64,000 bases of DNA from an uncultured Planctomycetia bacterium (lineage in GTDB: Bacteria; Omnitrophota; Gorgyraeia; 2-02-FULL-51-18; JAGOUK01). The position numbers and the translations under genes are program-made. Shown in pieces: positions 54,846 through 64,000 of the stretch. The notes beneath the pieces were generated by a model. The model was not told the DNA's origin and searched no databases. It worked only from the letters and a program-made list of their open reading frames with translations. The DNA lies in contig CAYSFB010000004.1 of the NCBI GenBank assembly GCA_964430735.1, positions 168,040-232,039 on the forward strand, in the 5' to 3' direction. Every line of letters starts with the position of its first letter. The first letter of the stretch is position 1.

Positions 54846-56543
54846 TTGAGTCCGACCCGGTCGATGGAAGCATCCGAGCGACTTCCGAAGCGGCGGTTTT
54901 ATACCCTTTTTTTTATCCTGCTCGGCCTCTTCGCCGTTCTTCTCCTGCGTCTGGCCTATCTCCAGTTTTTTCATCCCATCAATCTGTCTCAGACCGCCGA
55001 ACGCCAGTCCAAGCTGATTCAGGAGCTGGAGCCTTTCCGCGGCAAAATCGTTGACCGCAAAGGCGAGGAGATGGCGATCGATCTGCGCCTGTATTCCTTG
55101 GGAGCGCAGGCCAAAAAAATCAAGAACAAGGGCGCTGTCGCGGATAAGCTCGCGCCGATCCTCAAAATGAGCCGCGGTACGGTGCTGGCAAAAATATCCC
55201 GCAACAAGGACTTCGTCTGGATCGTGCGTCAGCTGGACAAGTCTCAGTCGGACGCGATTGCCGCGCTCAAGATCAAGGAGCTCGAGCTGCGTCCGGAGTG
55301 GAAGCGATTCTATCCGAACAAGGAGGCCGCCGGACACCTGATCGGGTTTGCAGGCCTGGATCACGCGGGCCTGGAAGGCGTTGAATTCATGTACGACAGT
55401 TACCTCAAAGGCATCTCGGGGTGGAAGTCGACAGTCAAGGATGCCAAACAGCATGAGGTCGTTTCGAAGCAGGCGGAACTGGTGCTTCCGGTTGACGGCT
55501 ACGATCTGGTTCTGACGCTGGACGTGGTGCTACAACATGCGGCCGACAAATATCTGGCGGAGACCTGCAAAAAATACAACGCCGTCGGCGGCGTCCTCGC
55601 CGTCATGGATCCACGCAACGGTGACGTGCTCGCGCTGGCCAATTATCCGTCCTTTGACCCCAACCGCGCGTCGCAGACGGACACCGACCACCGGCGCAAC
55701 CGCAGCATCACGGACATTTATGAGCCCGGCTCCGTATTTAAAATCTTCACATTCGCCGGAGCGGTGGAGGAAGGACTCGTTCACGTGAACGACAAGATTT
55801 TTTGCGAGTACGGCAAGTACCGGACCGGCGGGCGCACGCTGCACGACGTGCACCCCTACGGCGCGCTCACCGTTGCGGAGGTTCTGGCCAAATCCTCGAA
55901 TATTGGAACTTCCAAAATTGCCGAAAAGCTCGGCAAAGAACGCCTGCATGCGTACGTCCGCAAGTTCGGGTTCGGCCAAAAGACAGGGATCGACCTGCCG
56001 GGCGAAATCTCGGGCCTCATCACGCCGACCAAGTTCTGGTCCGCCCCGTCGCTTTCGTCTGTTGCAATGGGGCAGGAAGTTGGTCTGACCGGAATCCAGT
56101 TGATTGCAGCCACCAGCGCCATCGCCAATGGCGGGATGCTCGTGAAGCCGCGCATCGTGTCCGAAATCCGCAGCAGCGACGGGGAAGTCATCAAGGCTTA
56201 TCCGCCGGTCGTGAAGCGCCGGGTGATTTCGGAGTCGACGTCGCGCGAGGTTAAGGAAATGATGAAAAAAGTCGTCTCAAAAACCGGCACGGGTTCGCTC
56301 GCGATCATCGATCGGCCGGGCGTGACGATCGGCGGAAAGACCGGAACCGCGCAGAAGATCGTTGATGGGGCGTACTCTCACGGACACTTCGTCGCCTCCT
56401 TCGTGGGATACGTTGAACGCGGCGATAAAATGGTTACAATACTGGTGTCGGTGGACGACCCGCACCCGGTGTATTACGGCGGATCCGTCGCGGCGCCGCT
56501 GTTCAAAAAAATGGCCGAAAAAGTGCTCGAATACTGGCGCTGA
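54846..56543 (+). CDS. ftsI: Peptidoglycan D,D-transpeptidase FtsI (PBP3)
   Basis: SxxK (SVFK), SSN and KTGT motifs. TTG start at 54846, or ATG at 54864. Confidence 0.9.
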   Translation: MSPTRSMEASERLPKRRFYTLFFILLGLFAVLLLRLAYLQFFHPINLSQTAERQSKLIQELEPFRGKIVDRKGEEMAIDLRLYSLGAQAKKIKNKGAVADKLAPILKMSRGTVLAKISRNKDFVWIVRQLDKSQSDAIAALKIKELELRPEWKRFYPNKEAAGHLIGFAGLDHAGLEGVEFMYDSYLKGISGWKSTVKDAKQHEVVSKQAELVLPVDGYDLVLTLDVVLQHAADKYLAETCKKYNAVGGVLAVMDPRNGDVLALANYPSFDPNRASQTDTDHRRNRSITDIYEPGSVFKIFTFAGAVEEGLVHVNDKIFCEYGKYRTGGRTLHDVHPYGALTVAEVLAKSSNIGTSKIAEKLGKERLHAYVRKFGFGQKTGIDLPGEISGLITPTKFWSAPSLSSVAMGQEVGLTGIQLIAATSAIANGGMLVKPRIVSEIRSSDGEVIKAYPPVVKRRVISESTSREVKEMMKKVVSKTGTGSLAIIDRPGVTIGGKTGTAQKIVDGAYSHGHFVASFVGYVERGDKMVTILVSVDDPHPVYYGGSVAAPLFKKMAEKVLEYWR

Positions 56544-58030
56544 TGCCGGTCAACATGGATATCTGCCAGACCAAAACATCGCTTCACACGCTGCTCCGTC
56601 GTTTCGGCGCGGCCTTTGACCCGTCTTCCGTTCCCGATAAGGAGGTCTCCGCGGTCGTCTGCGATTCCCGCAAAGTCGTTCCCGGTTGCGTATTTGTCGC
56701 GGTGCGGGGTTCCGGATCCGACGGGCATGCGTTTGCTGCCGGAGCGCTCTCGGCAGGGGCGGCCGCGATCGTGACGGAGCGGGCGGACTTCATGCCCGGG
56801 GGCCCGGTGGCGCGCGTCGCCAGCGCCCGTGCGGCCTTTGCGGGGTTGAACCACCTGCTGTGGGGCGAGCCATCCAAAAAACTCAAGACCCTCGCGGTCA
56901 CCGGAACGAACGGTAAGACGACGACCGCATTCCTCGTCGCGCACATTCTGCAGCGCAAGCTGCGGCCCATCCTTCTCGGCACGATCCGCTACGCCTTCGA
57001 AGACGAAGTGCTCGAGTCGACCCATACGACGCCCGATCCGGACGTGCTGCAGCCCTGGATGGCGCGCATGGCCGCGCGCGGCGCGGACAGCGTGGTTCTC
57101 GAGGCCTCGTCGCACGCGCTGGAGCAGGACCGCCTGCAGGGGATGGACTTCGACGGCGCGCTGTTTACGAACCTGACCCAGGACCATCTGGATTATCACG
57201 CCACGTTCGAGAATTATCTGGCTGCGAAGAAGAAGCTCTTCGGCATGCTGCGTCCGAACGGCTTGGCGATCGTCAACGCCGACGATGCGGCTGCGCCCGC
57301 GGTCCTGGCCGCGGCCTCGAAGTTCCGCCGGCTGACCTTCGGAATCCGGGAGCAGGCGGACCTGCGCGCGGAAGCCATCCGCTCGGACCTCAAGGGGTCC
57401 GAATTCGCCGTCCGCTTCGAAGGGCGCGGGTACGTCGTCCGCACGCAGCTCCTCGGCCTGCACAACATCTACAATATTCTGGGCGCGCTGGGACTGGCGA
57501 TGGCGGCGGGCATGCCGCTGGAAGAGTCGGTACCGGCGATTGCGAACTTCAAGGGCGTTCCGGGCCGCCTCGAGCGGGTGCCGTCCGACCAGGGGTTTGA
57601 ATTGTTCATTGATTACGCGCATACGCCCGATGGGATGGACAACGTGCTATCGGCCGTGCGGCCGTACGCGCAGCGCAAGCTGCTGGTGCTCTTCGGCTGC
57701 GGCGGCGACCGGGATCGCACCAAGCGCCCCCGGATGGCCGCGTCCGCCGAACGGTACGCCGACAGCATTCTCGTGACGTCGGACAACCCGCGTACGGAGA
57801 ACCCGCGCGAGATCATCCGCGAAATCACGGCGGGCTTTTCCGCCGGCTGCAAAAAGGTGCAGGTGCAGGCCGACCGCGCCCGCGCGATCCGCCAGATCCT
57901 GCTGGAAGCGCGGCCGGGGGACGTGGTGCTGCTGCTCGGCAAGGGTCACGAGGAAGTGCAGATCATCGGCAAGGAAAAATTCAAGTTCAGCGACCGGGAA
58001 GAGGCGCTCAAAGCGCTAAGGGGAAGATAA
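56543..58030 (+). CDS. murE: UDP-N-acetylmuramoyl-L-alanyl-D-glutamate--2,6-diaminopimelate ligase MurE
   Basis: GTNGKTTT P-loop and the DNPR motif (meso-DAP specificity); TGATG overlap with ftsI. Confidence 0.9.
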   Translation: MPVNMDICQTKTSLHTLLRRFGAAFDPSSVPDKEVSAVVCDSRKVVPGCVFVAVRGSGSDGHAFAAGALSAGAAAIVTERADFMPGGPVARVASARAAFAGLNHLLWGEPSKKLKTLAVTGTNGKTTTAFLVAHILQRKLRPILLGTIRYAFEDEVLESTHTTPDPDVLQPWMARMAARGADSVVLEASSHALEQDRLQGMDFDGALFTNLTQDHLDYHATFENYLAAKKKLFGMLRPNGLAIVNADDAAAPAVLAAASKFRRLTFGIREQADLRAEAIRSDLKGSEFAVRFEGRGYVVRTQLLGLHNIYNILGALGLAMAAGMPLEESVPAIANFKGVPGRLERVPSDQGFELFIDYAHTPDGMDNVLSAVRPYAQRKLLVLFGCGGDRDRTKRPRMAASAERYADSILVTSDNPRTENPREIIREITAGFSAGCKKVQVQADRARAIRQILLEARPGDVVLLLGKGHEEVQIIGKEKFKFSDREEALKALRGR

Positions 58031-59409
58031 TGCTCGATTACACGTACAAGCAGCTGGAGCAGGCCGTCCGCGGAAAACTGATGATCCCCACTCGCCGCAG
58101 TTTTTTTAAAGGCAAGGTTTCTACCGACACGCGCACGCTGCAGCCGGGCGACTTGTACATCCCGCTCAAGGGCAAGAACTTCGACGGCCACCAATTCATC
58201 GACCTCGCGTTCGAGAAGGGCGCGCGGATGTGCATCGCCGAGATGTCGTCAACGCGGTCCGTCCGACGCCGCGACCCGGACATCATTTTTGTCGACGACA
58301 CGAACCAGGCGCTGTGCCGGCTGGCGGGGTTTCATCGCCGGCAGAAGAACAAGCCGCTCATCGCGATCACCGGATCCTGCGGAAAGACGACGACCAAGGA
58401 GATGCTGGCCCACATCCTCGGCGGCAAATACAAGGTCCTGAAAAACATCGGCACAGAGAACAATGCTTTTGGAGTTCCCAAGACGCTGCTCAACTGGGAC
58501 GACGAGGACCTGGCCGTGATCGAAATCGGCACCAACCAGATCGGCGAAATCCATTATCTGACCCGGCTCGTCCAGCCGACGCACGGCGTGCTCACGCTGA
58601 TCGGACATTCGCACCTGGCGGGACTCCGCAGCATCCAGGGCGTTCGTCGGGAAAAAATGTCGATGGTTGAGGCCATGGAGGATTCGGCGACCGTGATCTA
58701 TAACGCCGAAGACCGTAACATCGTGCACGAACGGCTGAAAAAACTGAAGACGGTGCGGGTCGGCTACAAGAAGGGAATGACCTTCTATGCGGATCAGATC
58801 CATTTGCTCGACAACAGCATCGGCTTCCGGTTGAACGGAAAAACGCGGATCGCCGTCCCCGTGCTCGGCCAGCACAACGTTCTCAACGCGCTCCTGGCCA
58901 CCGGAGCCGCTTCGTGCTTCGGCATCAAGCCCGAGGACGTCAAAGAGCGCATGGCGACTTTTGAGCCCCCCAAGGGCCGTCTCCGGTACCAAGAGGTGGG
59001 CGGCATCCATTGGATCGACGATTCGTACAACGCGAATCCTTCGTCGCTCAAGGCCGCGATCGCGCTGTTCCGCGAGTATCCGCCCAAAGGCCGCAAGATC
59101 CTCGTGCTGGGCGACATGCTCGAGCTCGGTCCTCAGGCCAGCGCGTTTCACCGCGAGGCGGGGCAGGAGATCGCGGGTTACGCCTTCGACCTCGTGCTCA
59201 CCGTGGGTCAGCTTGCCGGCCGCTTCGCCGAGGAGGCGGTCGTCTCGGGTTTTCCGAAGGACCGGATCAAGGTTTTTGCCGAAAGCACCGAAGCCGGTGA
59301 TTTTTTGAAGGATCGGCTGAAGAAGGACGATACCGTCCTGCTCAAAGGATCCCGCGGAATGAAAATGGAAAAAGTCATGGAGATTTGCGGCGCCCGGAAG
59401 GCCGCTTAA
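58030..59409 (+). CDS. murF: UDP-N-acetylmuramoyl-tripeptide--D-alanyl-D-alanine ligase MurF
   Basis: GSCGKTTTKE P-loop; TAATG overlap with murE. Confidence 0.9.
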   Translation: MLDYTYKQLEQAVRGKLMIPTRRSFFKGKVSTDTRTLQPGDLYIPLKGKNFDGHQFIDLAFEKGARMCIAEMSSTRSVRRRDPDIIFVDDTNQALCRLAGFHRRQKNKPLIAITGSCGKTTTKEMLAHILGGKYKVLKNIGTENNAFGVPKTLLNWDDEDLAVIEIGTNQIGEIHYLTRLVQPTHGVLTLIGHSHLAGLRSIQGVRREKMSMVEAMEDSATVIYNAEDRNIVHERLKKLKTVRVGYKKGMTFYADQIHLLDNSIGFRLNGKTRIAVPVLGQHNVLNALLATGAASCFGIKPEDVKERMATFEPPKGRLRYQEVGGIHWIDDSYNANPSSLKAAIALFREYPPKGRKILVLGDMLELGPQASAFHREAGQEIAGYAFDLVLTVGQLAGRFAEEAVVSGFPKDRIKVFAESTEAGDFLKDRLKKDDTVLLKGSRGMKMEKVMEICGARKAA

Positions 59410-59415
59410 ATCCCG

Positions 59416-60504
59416 ATGCTGCACGCCCTCCTCTACCCGCTCCGCGAGCTCTACACCGGGTTCAACATCTTCAAATACATCACGTTCCGCGCGGCGCTCG
59501 CGGCCGTGATCGCCTTTGGGCTCAGCGTGATCTTCGGCGGCCGCGTCATCGAAGCGCTCAAGCGGCTCAAGCTGAATCACAGTCCGGAACGCGTCGGATT
59601 CGAATCGATCGCCAGCCAACAAGCCCATAAGAAGCACGTGCCGACCATGGGCGGCCTGCTCATGGTCGGATCGATGACGGCGGCCTCGCTTCTCTGCGGT
59701 GACCTGACCAACCGTTTTCTTTGGCTGGCCATGATCACGACGGTCTGGCTTGGAGCCATCGGTTTCGCCGACGACTATCTCAAGATCAAATATCAGAACG
59801 CCAAGGGCTTGAGCGCGGGTCTCAAGTTCGCGGGGCAGGCGGTGCTGGCCGTCGGCATCGGTGCGTATCTGTACTGGGATGCGTCCTACTGGACGACGGT
59901 GCACGTGCCTTTCCTCAAGGACGTCGTGATGAACCTCGGCCTGGCCTACATCCTGTTCGCGTTTGTCGTGCTGGTCGGAAGTTCCAACGCCGTGAACCTG
60001 ACGGACGGGCTGGACGGATTGGCGGTCGGGTGCGCGCTGTTTGCGGGCCTAACATATGCGGTGTTCAGTTACGTGACGGGACATGCGCTGTTCGCCGAAT
60101 ACCTCTTTTTGCCCTTCATCGACGGGGCGGGGGAGCTCACGGTTTTTTGCGCGGCGATGGTCGGCGCGTGCCTGGGCTTCCTGTGGTTCAATTCGCAGCC
60201 GGCGAGCGTCTTCATGGGCGATACCGGTTCGCTCGCGCTCGGAGGAGCGATCGGCATCGTGGCGCTCCTCATCAAACAGGAAATGATCCTGCTCGTTGTC
60301 GGCGGTGTGTTCGTGATCGAGGCGTTGTCGGTCATCCTGCAGGTCGCGAGCTTCAAGACGACGGGCCGCCGCATCTTCCTCATGGCGCCCATCCACCACC
60401 ATTTCCAAAAATTGGGCTGGCCGGAATCCAAGGTGGTGATCCGTTTTTGGATCATCGCGGTGATCCTGTGTTTGGCCGGGCTTTCGAGCCTCAAGCTGCG
60501 CTAG
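59416..60504 (+). CDS. mraY: Phospho-N-acetylmuramoyl-pentapeptide transferase MraY
   Basis: NAVNLTDGLDGLA and PIHHHF motifs with 10 TM segments. Confidence 0.95.
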   Translation: MLHALLYPLRELYTGFNIFKYITFRAALAAVIAFGLSVIFGGRVIEALKRLKLNHSPERVGFESIASQQAHKKHVPTMGGLLMVGSMTAASLLCGDLTNRFLWLAMITTVWLGAIGFADDYLKIKYQNAKGLSAGLKFAGQAVLAVGIGAYLYWDASYWTTVHVPFLKDVVMNLGLAYILFAFVVLVGSSNAVNLTDGLDGLAVGCALFAGLTYAVFSYVTGHALFAEYLFLPFIDGAGELTVFCAAMVGACLGFLWFNSQPASVFMGDTGSLALGGAIGIVALLIKQEMILLVVGGVFVIEALSVILQVASFKTTGRRIFLMAPIHHHFQKLGWPESKVVIRFWIIAVILCLAGLSSLKLR

Positions 60505-60509
60505 CCGAC

Positions 60510-61859
60510 GTGAAGCTCAAAGGCCGCATCGTGACGGTGATTGGGGCGGGGGAGAGCGGAATCGCATCTGCCAAGCTCCTCGATCGTCTCGGGGCCCGGG
60601 TTCGCGTGTCGTCGACCGGAGAATTGCCCCAAGGCTTCGCGCGCTGGTGCGAACGCCGCGGGATCGAGGTTGAGGCGGGCGAGCATACGGCGGCGTTTCT
60701 GGATCCCAGCGCCCTTATCGTCGTCAGCCCCGGCGTCAAACCTTCGAGTTTCGTCATCCGCCATGCGGTCCGGCGTCGCATTCCCGTCTGGAGCGAAATC
60801 GAGCTCGCCGCGCGCCTCTGCAAAGGCAAGATCGCGGCCGTGACCGGCACCAACGGCAAGACAACGACCTCGACGCTGCTGTGGGACATGGTCCGCCGCC
60901 ACCGTCCGGCGCATTTGTGCGGCAACATCGGCAACTCGCTCGCCGCATCCGTCCTCGAGAAAGGGCCGAAGGTCTGGCGCGTCGTCGAGGTCAGTTCCTT
61001 CCAGATGAAGTACATCGACTCCTTCCGCCCGGACGCGGCTGCCGTCCTGAACCTGAGTCCCAACCACCTCGACTGGCATCCCGACCTCAAGGACTACTAC
61101 CGCTCGAAGCTCCGTGTGGCTGTCAATCAGACGCCTCGCCAGACGGCGGTCCTGAACGCGGACGACGCGACGCTCCGGCGCGAATCGACCGGGCTCCGTT
61201 CGCGGCGGTCGTGGTTCAGTCTGAAGCCGCTCGAAGACGGATTTACGATTGAAAACGGCTGGATCGTGGAAAAGCGCCGGGGCCGGGCACGCCGGGTCGC
61301 GGATTTGAAGCGCTTCAGACTCAAGGGCGCACACAACATCCAGAACGCGCTGGCCGCGGCGGCCGTCGCGCGGGCGCTCGGCGTGCCGGCGCCGGCGATC
61401 CAGGCGGCGATCGACGCCGCGAAGCCCCTGCCGCACCGCGTGGAGGAGTTGGGCCAGGCCGGAGGCGTGCGGTTCGTGAACGATTCCAAATCCACGACGG
61501 CCATGAGTACGGCCGCCGCCATTCGGGGTTTTGATTCCGGTGTCGTCCTCGTTGCCGGGGGCCGGCGCAAGCAGAAGTCGTTCAAGGAAGTTTTTCCCGA
61601 AGTGCGCAAGCGCGTCGCGTCGGTCGTTTTTTACGGAGAAGCGGCCGAGTCGATGGACCGGGAGTTCCGCTTTTTCAAGAAGCGCCGGGTGGTCAGGAAT
61701 TTTGAGGCCGCGGTGCGGGCCGCCTTTCGCGCGGCCTCGCCCGGGCAGGTGCTTTTGCTCTCGCCGATGTGTTCCAGCTTCGACCAATTTGCCTCCTACC
61801 GGGCGCGCGGCGACGCGTTCCGGTCCGTGTTCCGGTCGATCGCCGCGGAAACCCGATGA
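60510..61859 (+). CDS. murD: UDP-N-acetylmuramoylalanine--D-glutamate ligase MurD
   Basis: GTG start; VIGAGESG Rossmann N-terminus; GTNGKTTT. The longer track ORF from 59721 is a read-through frame artefact. Confidence 0.9.
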   Translation: MKLKGRIVTVIGAGESGIASAKLLDRLGARVRVSSTGELPQGFARWCERRGIEVEAGEHTAAFLDPSALIVVSPGVKPSSFVIRHAVRRRIPVWSEIELAARLCKGKIAAVTGTNGKTTTSTLLWDMVRRHRPAHLCGNIGNSLAASVLEKGPKVWRVVEVSSFQMKYIDSFRPDAAAVLNLSPNHLDWHPDLKDYYRSKLRVAVNQTPRQTAVLNADDATLRRESTGLRSRRSWFSLKPLEDGFTIENGWIVEKRRGRARRVADLKRFRLKGAHNIQNALAAAAVARALGVPAPAIQAAIDAAKPLPHRVEELGQAGGVRFVNDSKSTTAMSTAAAIRGFDSGVVLVAGGRRKQKSFKEVFPEVRKRVASVVFYGEAAESMDREFRFFKKRRVVRNFEAAVRAAFRAASPGQVLLLSPMCSSFDQFASYRARGDAFRSVFRSIAAETR

Positions 61860-63001
61860 CGGCGCTCTCGAACGGCCCCGAACCCAGCCGCCAGATCCGG
61901 ATCTGGCTTTGCTCGCTCACCGCCACGCTCGTCGCGGTCGGCGTGGTCATGATTTTTAGCGCGAGCGCGATCTACGCGTGGGACCGGTATCAGGATTCGC
62001 TGTACTTCCTCAAACGCCACATGGCCTTTTTGGCGGTGGGGGTCACGGGTTTTATCTGCGCGATGCTCGTCGACATCCAAAAGCTGCGCAAACACGCGCC
62101 GCAGCTCCTGATCGGCATCGGTCTGGCGCTCCTCTTCGTCGGTCTGCTCGGTCCCAAAATCGGCGGCGCGCGGAGATGGATCTCGATCGGCGCCTTCAAC
62201 GTTCAGCCCTCCGAGTTTGCCAAGCTGGCGGTGATTCTTTATCTGGCGGACCGCATTTCGCTCAAGACCGACGGCTTGGGGAACTTCAAGCGGGACCTTC
62301 TGCCCCTGATCACCGTGATGGGCATGACCTGTCTTCTCATTCTGCTCGGAAAGGACTTGGGCACCACCGTCGTTCTGATGGGCGTGTTCATGATGATGCT
62401 CTTTGTCGGCGGGATCCCGGTCAAATACTTCGCGTGGCTTGTCGCCGGCTGCGTGCCGCTGATCGTCGGCGCGATTCTCATCGAGCCGTACCGGATCAAG
62501 CGCCTCACGGGCTTCTTGAACCCCTTCGACGACATTCAGGGAAAAAGCTTCCAGCTGTATCAGTCGCTCTTGGCCATCGGATCGGGCGGCGTGTTCGGTA
62601 AGGGTCTCGGCCAGTCGCAGCAAAAGCTCTTTTATCTTCCGGCCGCGCACACGGACTTTATCTTTGCGATCATCGGCGAGGAGACAGGGTTCCTCGGGGC
62701 GGGATTTGTCATCTGCCTCTTCGTCCTTTTTGGAGTGCTCGGCATGATGATCATCTTCAGGGCCAAAAACTCCTTTACCCAGCTCTTTGCGCTCGGGCTG
62801 GTGACGCTCGTGCTCATCGAAGCCGTGATCAATATCGGCGTGAGCACCGGCGCGTTTCCGACCAAGGGTTTGGCGCTGCCGTTCATCAGCTACGGAGGAT
62901 CGTCCCTGGTCGTGAACCTCATCCTCGTCGGGCTTCTGCTGAACTTGTCGCGGGACAGGACCGAGATGCCGGAAGGCTGGAAAAAGTCGGCGCAAGGATG
63001 A
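61856..63001 (+). CDS. ftsW: Peptidoglycan glycosyltransferase FtsW (SEDS family)
   Basis: ATGA overlap with murD; 10 TM segments; SEDS blocks (HTDFIFAIIGEE, PFISYGGSS). Confidence 0.9.
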   Translation: MTALSNGPEPSRQIRIWLCSLTATLVAVGVVMIFSASAIYAWDRYQDSLYFLKRHMAFLAVGVTGFICAMLVDIQKLRKHAPQLLIGIGLALLFVGLLGPKIGGARRWISIGAFNVQPSEFAKLAVILYLADRISLKTDGLGNFKRDLLPLITVMGMTCLLILLGKDLGTTVVLMGVFMMMLFVGGIPVKYFAWLVAGCVPLIVGAILIEPYRIKRLTGFLNPFDDIQGKSFQLYQSLLAIGSGGVFGKGLGQSQQKLFYLPAAHTDFIFAIIGEETGFLGAGFVICLFVLFGVLGMMIIFRAKNSFTQLFALGLVTLVLIEAVINIGVSTGAFPTKGLALPFISYGGSSLVVNLILVGLLLNLSRDRTEMPEGWKKSAQG

Positions 63002-63023
63002 AGGCCGGAAGCGGAGCGTCCCC

Positions 63024-64000
63024 ATGCATTTGATCGCAGCGGCCGGCGGTTCCGGCGGACACTGCTATCCGGCGATCGCCTTTTTGCAGGCGTGCAAGAA
63101 CCGCCATCCGGACTGGAAGTTGACACTGGCGGTGGACCGCGGTTCCAAGACGCTGGGCCTCGAACTCGAGGCGGCCGCGGCCGGTTCCGTGCGCGAGATC
63201 GCGTCGGCCAAATATGCGGGCACCAAATCCTTGGTGTCGCTCAAGTTCTGGTCGGCGCTGGCGAAGGGCTCGGGCGAGGCGAAGCAGCTCCTGCGCGAGA
63301 CGGGGGCGGACCTGGTCGCGGGGTTCGGCGGGTACGGGAGTTTTCCGGTCGTTTGGGAAGCCGCGTCGATGGGCATTCCGACCATCGTGCATGAGCAGAA
63401 CGCGGTTCTGGGCATGGCCAACCGCGTCCTTGCGGGCCGCGTGACGCGGCTGGCCGTTTCTTTGGAATTGGCGACGCCTCCGTTCAAGAGCCGTCCGGAG
63501 CGGCTCGCACACACGGGATTCCCTTTGAGGACATCACTGCGGCGGATGGACCGGGAGTCGGTGCTGAGGCGGTTCGATCTGGATCCGGCCAAACGCGTGC
63601 TCCTGGTGTTCGGCGGAAGCCAGGGATCACGCTTTTTGAATCAGCTGATGGATGACCTCATCAAAGTGCACGGCCGCGAACTCGAGCGCACGTGGCAGAT
63701 TCTTCACCTGACCGGCCGCGTGATGCCCGGCGGCGGCCCCCCGAGACCCGATATTCTGACCGGCAGTTACCGCCGATGGACTTACAGCCGCGAAATGGAC
63801 GCGCTCTACACCGCGGCTGACCTGGCTGTGTGCCGCGCCGGTTCGGCGACGCTGCACGAGCTGGCGTATTACGCGCGGCCCGCCCTTTTTATTCCGTACC
63901 CGTACGCACACGGCCATCAGCTGCTCAACGCGCGCGTGGTCGCCGACGGCGGAGGCGCCTGGATCCTTGAAGAAAAGGAATGCACGTTGGACCAATTTAA
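63024..64000 (+). CDS. murG: UDP-GlcNAc--lipid I N-acetylglucosaminyltransferase MurG, 3'-truncated by the window end (not in the ORF track)
   Basis: Translated by hand as MHLIAAAGGSGGHCYPAIAF...GFGGYGSFPV...; typical MurG G-loop. Confidence 0.85.
   Translation, partial: MHLIAAAGGSGGHCYPAIAFLQACKNRHPDWKLTLAVDRGSKTLGLELEAAAAGSVREIASAKYAGTKSLVSLKFWSALAKGSGEAKQLLRETGADLVAGFGGYGSFPVVWEAASMGIPTIVHEQNAVLGMANRVLAGRVTRLAVSLELATPPFKSRPERLAHTGFPLRTSLRRMDRESVLRRFDLDPAKRVLLVFGGSQGSRFLNQLMDDLIKVHGRELERTWQILHLTGRVMPGGGPPRPDILTGSYRRWTYSREMDALYTAADLAVCRAGSATLHELAYYARPALFIPYPYAHGHQLLNARVVADGGGAWILEEKECTLDQF

Noticed and set aside
59721-60509. 5' extension of the murD ORF back to 59721 (712-aa version)
   Set aside because: The region 59721-60504 is mraY in another frame. 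MurD begins at GTG 60510 with the canonical VIGAGESG Rossmann N-terminus, right after the mraY stop.

Overview
This 64-kb window comes from a high-GC (~65%) bacterium with a didermic (Gram-negative-type) gene content: AsmA, MscS, lipoproteins and a dcw cluster encoding a DAP-type MurE. The lineage is unidentified. Coding density is very high and genes lie almost entirely on the + strand. I found no CRISPR array, transposase, integrase or prophage signature, so this looks like chromosomal backbone with a few accessory islets.

Layout, left to right:
- 1-0.7 kb: a 5'-truncated PgeF/YfiH gene.
- 0.8-9.8 kb: a complete Bat-like aerotolerance operon (MoxR ATPase, DUF58, DUF4381-like, BatA, BatB, BatC, BatD, BatE) chained by ATGA start/stop overlaps. 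BatC carries an unusual ~340-aa Gln/Asn/acidic low-complexity tail encoded by tandem DNA repeats.
- 9.8-33 kb, a mixed region containing:
  - MutT, dCMP deaminase and an orphan sensor kinase with an SBP_bac_3 domain.
  - Four tRNAs: Pro-TGG, Arg-TCT, His-GTG on the minus strand, and Arg-CCG.
  - MsrA, a SelW-like Cys protein, a DCC oxidoreductase, and a photolyase-SRPBCC-Fur cluster.
  - A putative metal-handling locus next to the Fur gene: a His-rich permease, a periplasmic protein, a NosFY-like ABC pair and a TPR lipoprotein.
  - A lower-GC SGNH hydrolase islet at tRNA-Arg(CCG).
- 33-41.5 kb: REC-PAS-GGDEF-EAL, SpoVG, YraN, ComM, a BNR-repeat protein and MscS.
- 41.7-49.6 kb: nrdAB, metE, queH and RNase P RNA (rnpB).
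- 49.6-52.8 kb: DUF2079, a PDZ protein and a small membrane protein.
- 52.9-64 kb: the dcw cluster mraZ-rsmH-ftsL-ftsI-murE-murF-mraY-murD-ftsW-murG (murG 3'-truncated), driven by a consensus sigma70 promoter followed by MraZ-box-like direct repeats.

Recurrent signals:
- Probable leaderless mRNAs, where the -10 hexamer ends 6-8 nt before the start codon.
- Pervasive ATGA/TAATG stop-start overlaps.
- A small lipoprotein gene and the rnpB RNA that the ORF track misses.

All functional calls are from reading motifs and remembered family signatures by eye. No database search was possible.
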